In this document: positions 38,301-47,300 of the stretch, one piece after another | Numbering within the stretch: the first letter of the stretch is position 1 | Layout: every line of letters begins with the position of its first letter | From: Leucoraja erinacea | Lineage: Eukaryota | NCBI RefSeq assembly: GCF_028641065.1 | Contig: NC_073391.1 | Span: 5,146,001 to 5,210,000 of the forward strand | Reading direction: 5' to 3' | DNA length: 64,000 bases | The notes under the pieces: generated by a model | Database searches by the model: none | What the model was told of the DNA's origin: nothing | Seen by the model: the letters and a program-made list of their open reading frames with translations, nothing else | Translations under genes and position numbers: made by a program

Positions 38301-41300
38301 CCTATTTCACTTGGACAGCTTACACCCCAGAGGTATGAGCATTGACTTCTCTAACATTAAGTAATCTTTGCATCCCCTTTCTCTCCACCCCTCCCTTACC
38401 CTAGTGGCCGTACTCATTTTGCTGTCATCCTGTTGAGTTCCACTGTCTGTCGTGGACTCATTATCACCTAATCCACAACCAACAATGGACCATTGTGGAC
38501 TCCACATTTCCATGGTTATTGTTAGTTTCTGCATATCTACCATTCATTTATCCTAAGTACCGTCTTCATCTCTCATTTCCCTTTCCCCTGACTCTTAGTC
38601 TGAAGAAGGGTCTCGATCCAAAACGTCACCTTTCCTTTTCTCCAGAGATGCTGCCTGACCTGCTAAGTTACTCCAGCTTCATGTGTCTGTCCATCATTAA
38701 ATTATTTATGCCCATGCCTCTAAATGTTAAGAAGTAGTTTTTCAAAAAACTGCCCTGCTGAATGCAAGTTTATGTTAATGTTTACCTGCAGATTGCAGAA
38801 GCTGAGGTCATAGAGTCATACAGCATGGGACCAGGCCCTTCGATCCAACTTGCCCATGCCAAACAAGATGCCTCATCTACTCTAGTCCCANNNNNNNNNN
38901 NNNNNNNNNNNNNNNNNNNNNNNNNNNNNNNNNNNNNNNNNNNNNNNNNNNNNNNNNNNNNNNNNNNNNNNNNNNNNNNNNNNNNNNNNNNNNNNNNNNN
39001 NNNNNNNNNNNNNNNNNNNNNNNNNNNNNNNNNNNNNNNNNNNNNNNNNNNNNNNNNNCCTGCCGTCCGCCTGCCGTCCGGCTGCATTTCTTCCTTTGAC
39101 TCATTGCCACGCCCAATCCAGACGCTCAATCTCCGAGATATTTTCCATTTCGGTAGAGATTTCGCTTTTCTTTCTAAGTATCCGCTCCTCATTTCATTTT
39201 GTCGTGTTGAAGTACGTGTTTTTTAATCAAATCCTTCTCGATCCAAAACCCCCCCCCCCCACCAGAGATGCCCCCTGACCTGTAATTTCAGCTTTTTGTG
39301 TCTGTCCATCTTCTCCATTACATGTCAGCTTCCAACACACTTCGAAACAAAGTTTTGCAAGAGAGGAACACTGAACTTTTCACTGCTGCAGCAGGCAGGG
39401 GAGGGCTGCAAGATTGCAGATTTGGGAACGGGAGCTCAGTTCCAATGGGGAGACGGGTGCATCGATGGAACCTGCCCATGGCCAATCACACCATGGGGGA
39501 GCAGACCTAACGGGTCTGCACTTGGTCTAGTATCCCTCTAAAGCTCTCCTAAATGTGTATCTAGCTAAATGTCTGTTAAATGTCATTATAGTACCCGACA
39601 CAACCACCTCTTCTGGCAGTGCGTTCCACATACCCACCACCCTCTGTGTGAAAACGTTGCCCCTCAGGTTCCTATTAAATCATTCTCCTCAACTTAAATA
39701 TTTATCCTCTGGTTCCTGATTCCTCTACTCTGGGTAAATGACTGTGCATTTACTCTATCTATTTCCCTGATGATCATATACACCTCTATAATATCACCAT
39801 TCATCCTCCTGTGCTCTAAGGATAAAGTCCTAGCCTTCTCATCCTCTACCCAGGCCCCTAGACTGATCCCAGGAATGAGTAGGTTAACCTATGATGAGCA
39901 TTTGTCGGCACTGGGCCTGAACTCGCTGGGGTTTAGAAGAATGAGGGGGGACCTGATTGAAACATAGAGAATAGTGAAAGGCTTGGATAGAGTGGGTGTG
40001 GAGAAGATGTTTCCACCAGTGGGAGAGTCTAGGACTAGAGGTCATGGCCTCAGAATTCAAGGACGTTCTTTTAGGAAGGAAATGAGGAGAAATGTATTTG
40101 TTCGAGGGGGAGGTAATCTGTGAAATTCTTTGCCACAGAAGGCTGTGGAGGCCATCAGTGGATATTTTTAAGGCAGAGATAGATAGATTCGTGATTAGTA
40201 TGGGTGTCAGAGGTTATGTGGAGAAGGCAGGAGAATGGGGTTAGGATGGAGAGATAGATCAGCCATGATTGAATGGTGGAGTAGACTTAATGGGCAAATG
40301 GCCTAATTCTACTCCTATCACATGACCTTATGACCCTGCCAGGGCTGTGCCATTCACTGTGAAGGTCCTGTCCTGGTTTGATTTCCCAAAATGCAACACC
40401 TCACACTTATCTGCATTAAACTCTATTAACCATTCCGCATCACACTTGCCCAACTAATTAAGATTTTTTTGCTGTAATTTTTGATAAAGATCTTCGCTAC
40501 CTGCAATATCAGTATCATCTGCAAACTTATTAATCACGCCTTCTACATTCTCATCCAAATCATTGACATAAATCACAAACGTCAATGGGCCCAGCACAGA
40601 TCCCTGAGTCACATCACTAGTCACAGACCTCCTGCCTGTTAAACAACCTTCCACATCACCCTCTGCTTCCTTCCATGGAACCAATTGTCTATCCACTTGG
40701 CTAGATCTCCCAGGATCATATGTGATCTAACCTCCCAGAGCAGCCTGCCATGTAGAACCTGATCAAAAGCCATGCTGAAGGCCATGGAGACCATACCCAC
40801 AGCTTTGACTTCATCAACCTTTTTAGTTACTTCTTTAAAAAGCTCAATCGGATTAATGAGACATGATCTTCCATGAACAAAACCATGTTGACGATCCCTA
40901 ATCAACCCCAAGTTCATATTTATGGGGGAGGGGAAATTAGATTTATTCTGTAAACCATTTTTGCATTTGGAGTGTGGAGTGGCTTGTGCCTGTTGGACAT
41001 GATGTCTGTACATGATGTGCAGTGTGTGCCTGGAAACACCACAGGCAGTGATTCTTAATGGTGGGCAGAACTATGATTAGATCATAAGATCATAAGTGAT
41101 ACAAGACGAATTAGGCTGAATCATGTCTCTTCCGCCATTCAATCATGGCTGACCTATCATTCCCTCCTAATCCCATTCTCCTGCCTCCTCCTCATAACCT
41201 CTGACACCTAATCCAGAACATATCCTACTTTACATATCCTACAAGAACATTTACAACCCCTTTCCAACATTAGGAGCCTTCTCAGTTGAAGTGTTTTATA

Positions 41301-44300
41301 TAATTAGTGACATTCCAGTCAAATAGTTTTAAACACTTACAAATTCATTGTCAGACCACCGTTCATCACCAGGTCCTTCAGCTCCTTCTAATTAATAGAA
41401 TAAGAAAATATATTTTCAGTAACCAAAATAATGATGTTATTCCATATTTTGGAATGACATCAAGCAAAACAAATCATTAGTAGGGTGGAAGGGCTGCAAT
41501 TTAGATTCTGGAGAACCAAGTTTACTTTTGACAGACACAAAATGCTGGAGTAACTCAGCGGGACAGGCAGCATCCCTGGATAGAGGAATGGGTGACGTTT
41601 CAGGTCAAGACCCTTCTTCAGACTGAGAGAATCTGGACCCGAAACTTCACACTTTCCTTCTTTCCGGAGATGCTGCCTGTTCTGCTGAGTTACCCCAACA
41701 TTCTGTGTTCTACCTTCTGTGTAAACCAGCATCAGCAGTTCCTTCCTTTACAAGTTTAATCAATTGTTTGCTGATAGCCCATTGAGAAATGGAAAACCTC
41801 TGGTCAAAAATTTACATTTTTAAGCAACAATTATAAACAAAGCCAATGGTAGAGTGAGCCTTTCACAATAATAAGTATGATCTGATTTAACTGATAATCC
41901 ATGTTGTTTCCTGGAAGTTCCAACATGGCTAGAATGCGGTGAAGGGTCCATACATGTATTACAAGCAAGGAACATAGCATCTGGGAATTTTTGTACAATC
42001 CACTGGAGGACTCCGTGGGTCGGGCAGCGACTGTGAAGGGAATACATTGTTACGTCTTGGATTGAAAGTAAAGGTTTCAAAGGTCTTTTATTGTCACGTG
42101 TAACCAATTAAGGCACAGCGATATGCAAATTACCACCACTAGGACACCTTTGATACAGTTTCAACCCAAAATGTTAACAATTGCATTCTCCCCACAGATG
42201 CTGCCTGACTTGCTGAGTTCCTCCGGCAGATTGCCTGTTGATCCAGATTCCAATATCTGCAGGATTTTACGTCTTCAAGATTAGTTTTTATATGCATATA
42301 GGGACTAGACTTCTTCCATTTTATAATAATGCAGCTTTAAATCTTACACTTATCTCCTATAAGTTTCTAACAAAACCTAGCATGTTTAGAAAATACAAGT
42401 TTAAGCTGCAGTTGCACCGTGGACTTGTAGGTGGTTTGAAATGAAAAACCTGATTTAACGTTGAGCTTTGTTCACAAACACTCATCAAAATGTTATATCC
42501 ATTGTAAATCTGTGGTAATTCTTTCCAAAGTGATTGAAGGCAGGGGAATTGGTTGTTATGTTATGCATGTGTGCGTTCGTCAGGACCTGCCAAGCATCAG
42601 TTGCAATGAAAATCACTTACATTTTAATGTGTTTCACTCAAAAATAAATAGGGCTTTGTATGTTCAATCATGATATCATTTTTCAAAATTCATAAATCTT
42701 AATCATATCATTCCCTGCTGTGAAAGCTGTGATAAATATTCATGCTGTTGTTCTTGCTATGATCAAGGACTTCACTCCTGAAAGTTTTTGAATTAACTAA
42801 GCAAAATTAAATGATCGTCAAATTTGTCTTACTGTTCTGCATGTTTCCTCTCAGAGTCGGGTAAAAGAACACAAATCCTATTCACTTTTAAAAGTTTAAA
42901 TTCGGACGCAGCCCAGAACACCACATAAACCAACCTCCCTTCTATTGACTTCATTGAAACCTCACGCTGCCTCGGCAAGGCCAGCAGCATAATCAAGGAC
43001 GAGTCGCACCCTGGCCACTCCTTCTTCTCCCCTCTCCCATCAGGCAAAAGGTATAGAAGTGTGAAAATGCACACCTCCCAATTCAGGGACAGTTTCTTCC
43101 CAGCTGTTATCAGGCAACTGAATCATCCTACCACAAGTAGAGAGTGGCCCTGAACTACTGTCTACCTCTTTGATAACCCTCAGACTGTCCTTGATCGGAC
43201 TTTGCTGGCTTTACCTTGCAGTAACGTTATTCCTCATGCACCTGTACATTGTAAATGGATTGATTGTAACCATGTATTGTCTTTCTGCTGACTGGTTAGC
43301 ACACAACAAAAGCTTTTCACTGTACCTCGGCACACGTGACAATAAACTAAACTAAAACAGAAACTGAAACCGATCAAAATTTTTGTAGACAACTTTACCT
43401 GTGTAATCTCTGTGAGGAACAGTAGGTGGTGCTTGTTTAGTGATTCTGCAGCAATTAAGAGAAAAATAGATTAAATAATCATCAAGCCATAAGCTTCAGG
43501 CAATGTGCAGGGAATGGCAGGGAATGTTACATTTCAAATTGTTAGTATTTTCAGTACAACATGCACTAGGCCTTATTCAGCTGTAAAAGCAATTGCAAGT
43601 TAGTCAATGCATTCTAGAAGCATGACAGTATTTGGATCACTGTCAGAGGTCATGTGAGTGAAGTTAGCTCTTTGAATAGCACCTGGTGAGTAAACAAAAT
43701 GAGCCATTGATGTTACACACATATGCTTACAAATTTCTGACCTGACCTTCAAGAGGATGTGATGGAGGTTCTAACGCCAGTTATAGGACGGCGAACCTTT
43801 CCCAAATGATTTGTTGGTTCACCTTGAGGACCATTACTGTCACTACAGGGAAGATTCAGCGATTACATGAACATTCCCCTGCAGTTCATCTGTTTTCTAT
43901 CAACACAGTATCAGCTGATACTGAAGCCAGGAGCCAGGTTATATAAATGGTGGAAAAGGGATACTGAGATATTAATAGCTCCCATTTGTCACTTGGAACC
44001 TAAACTACCAAAACCTCACCTTCACTTTTAAAATGAATTTAGTCAGTTCATTTTAGGAATGGGTTCAAATAGGCCGAGCATGCTAGGAAAGTGGTCCAAC
44101 ATTGCATTAAGATTGGCGTCACATCATGGGATCCTGCTTTTCCAGCAGAGTAATTTGGGAGGAGGCATATAGGTCACCTTATTGAATGTCCTGGTACATC
44201 AGAACAGCAGATGTTGCAAAGCACCAAAGCAAGTGTGGTGATGAATACTGATGTCGGAACATGAGGCCATTAATTTGTTGTGAAATACATCTTCAATTAA

Positions 44301-47300
44301 ACTATTTAATTATGGTTAGTATAAAGATAAATATTTGTCTGAACATTTCGGAGAGGGTCTCTGTTTGTTTGAATTCCGCACCATGTTACTTTCTATCCAC
44401 CTGATCGGCCAGATTGGACCTTGGTTTAATGTGGCACTACACTGACAGCACCTAGTACCATCTGATGTAAAGTGCTCAGTTCTCAAGATCCCAACCGCAA
44501 GGTAGGATCGCTAGCAACTGAGCCAAGACTAATACAAATGTGTGATTTTTTTTTAGATTTTAGAAATTCAGTGTGGAAACAGATCCTTTGGCCCACCGAG
44601 TCTGCGCCGACCAGCCATCCCTTCACACTAACGCTATCCTATACGCACTAGGGACAATTTACAATTTTACCAAGTCATTTAACCTTCAAAGCAGTATGTC
44701 TTTGGAATATGGGAAGAAACCGGTGCACCCGGACAAAACCCACGCAGGTCACGTGGAGAACGTACAAACTCTGTACAGACGGCACCCATGGTCAGGATCG
44801 AACTCGGGTCTCTGGCGCTGTAAGGCAGCAACTCTACCGCTGCGCCACTGTGCTGTAATCTGCAAATAAATCTCACCAGTGACAACTTGTTCTTTTTCAA
44901 GAATACCAGTAAATAATTAATTTTAGTATTTTTACCTATGACGCAAATGACTTGGCTCTTGTCATGCTGTTATGCTCAAGCAATTATGCTTAAGCTTTAA
45001 TCAACATTCTTTAGCAATTTATATGGCATTGACCAATAAAGGCCAGAAGAATAGGCAACATGTGCCCAAAATGATGGTACTGAAGTGTCTTTTCTAACCA
45101 AAGTGTTCTTGTTCTAGAAACTCATTGTAATAGATTAAATAAACCTGCCTAATTTTAAAAGAGGTCACAAAGCATTGAATTGGAACAGAAAGTCTCTACA
45201 GTATTGCATGTAACAGAATCCCACCCATTTCTGGCACGAAAGATATGCCTGGTAAATACGTAGCTGCTGCATTGACTGTGAATAGGACAGAACTGTTATC
45301 TTCGCCACGCTGTACTGATTGTACAAAAGAATAATCACTCAACTTGAAATGGGCAAAGAAATTTAGGCTCTTTAAATCATGGAGGATCTCATTAAATCCA
45401 CCAAAAGACTTTGATAACAATTTCTTGGAAAATTAGCGGAACAATTTTTCTTTTTACAATGTATATGGACACTCACAAAATCGGCATCTTATTGAATTCC
45501 TAAGTGTATGTCCAAATGTACCATATTTCCTTGAATAGCAACTCCTTTCAATATTCACTGCTCAGAGATAAATGCACAGTAGCTCACATATTTGAGGCAT
45601 TTTTTGTTTACCTACATTATTTACTCTTTTAAGATTTACAGGTCATTAATGATATGTTATCATTCAATAACATTATCACCATTATATCCAATGAAAGGAC
45701 TATGTAAAATTGCGAGAGGCAGTATGTATAATCATAAGAGGCATAGATAGGGTAGATAGAACCTTTATTCCTGGGTAGAGATTTCCAACATTAGAGGGCC
45801 CAGCTGTAAGGTGAGAGGGGGAAAGTTTAATGGAGAGGTGCGGGGCATTTTGTTAGTGGTGATTGTCTGGAATGTGCTGTCAGGGTTGGAGGTGAAAGCA
45901 GCGACGATTGATATATTTATGAGGCTTTTAGATAGGCACATGGAAGTGCAGAAAATAGAGGGATATGGTTCATGTGCAGACAGGTGAGATCAGTTTAACT
46001 CGGCATAGTGTTCAGCAAACATTGTGGGCCAAAGGGCCTGTTCCTGTGCTGTACTGTTGTATGTTCTATGAATGCATATAACGAGTTGTACCTTAAGCTT
46101 TGTGTTGCCTATTTGATTCAATAGGCAAGCCTGTACACTAACCCATGTGGACCGATCAGTTATCGATTTATTCCTGGAATAGATACTATGTACTAGCAAA
46201 GTACATTGATATCAAAGTTTAAAATATTTAAAAATATCACTTCCCCATCCTGTAAAAATGCACCTGTTGTTCACTGATGAGGAAGTAGCAACAGTACCAT
46301 CGTAAATATACTTTTGCTGCTGGCTGTGCCAACTTTGTACGGTAAATTAGCAGGAACTAATCTTAAAGAAAAAAAAATTATAAACATTTGCAGTCTACCT
46401 AACAGTAAAACTTAACCCTAAATGTGCTTTTCAATTGAAGATGTGAAATGTTGTACAGCTTCGAGCCTTCTTATAAGCAAAAGTATATTTTAACAGGAAT
46501 GCAATGAATACAATACTCAAGGAAATATGATACCTTTAGACAGAGGGACATAAATGAAGTATTTTGATTCAATTCCAAATTTATACTTTTTTGTCGTTGT
46601 GAATGAAAGTGTTTTGAGAAATTGGCCTCATAATACTTATCTGCTGTGATTATTCCTTTTTCTACAATATTTATTAGTATCAGTAAAGTTAAAAACAAAT
46701 ACACGGACTAAATGCCTGCAGTTAGATACACAGCTTTAAACTGTTCTTGGTTACTGCAACAGACAAATCCTGGAGCACACTGAGAATGAAAAGAATAAGC
46801 AGGCTTTCCGTTCATACCGATCCCAAGTATTTTTCCCAGTTTTACGCATCGCTGCCACTTGCACATTTTGGAACCTATGAGTCGGAGGAAAGGCTCACAT
46901 CTTAACAAACATGGTTTTATTAATTAGCACAATCCCAAAACATGATTTTTTTTCTCGGAATACATTTTTTTCACGGGACAAATCAGGAAGCAGCTTTGTT
47001 AAATTTGGGGAAGATCAAATGGCCATTAAATAACCGTGTCTCATCAATCACTTTGCCATCTTTTCAACAGGAAAATGAAATAAGTTGTAAAGAAACATGA
47101 AAAAAAACAAAGGTAGACAAATATGCTGGAGAAACTCAGTCTGAAGAAGGGTTTCGGCCTGAAACGTTGCCTATTTCCTTCGCTCCATCGATGCTGCCTC
47201 ACCCGCTGAGTTTCTCCAGTGTCTACCTTCGATTTTTCGGCATCTGCAGTTCCTTCTTAAACATTAAAAAAAACAATATACGTTTTAAATGAGGTAGATT

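Noticed and set aside
42833-42842. ATG CAG AAC A/gtaaga as an alternative start exon
   Set aside because: Phase-compatible but only 10 nt, so easily due to chance; no other support.
45343-45421. Exon-like ORF KLLSKSFGG...FAHFK
   Set aside because: Stop in the phase 2-2 frame, weak gttgag donor and no in-frame ATG.
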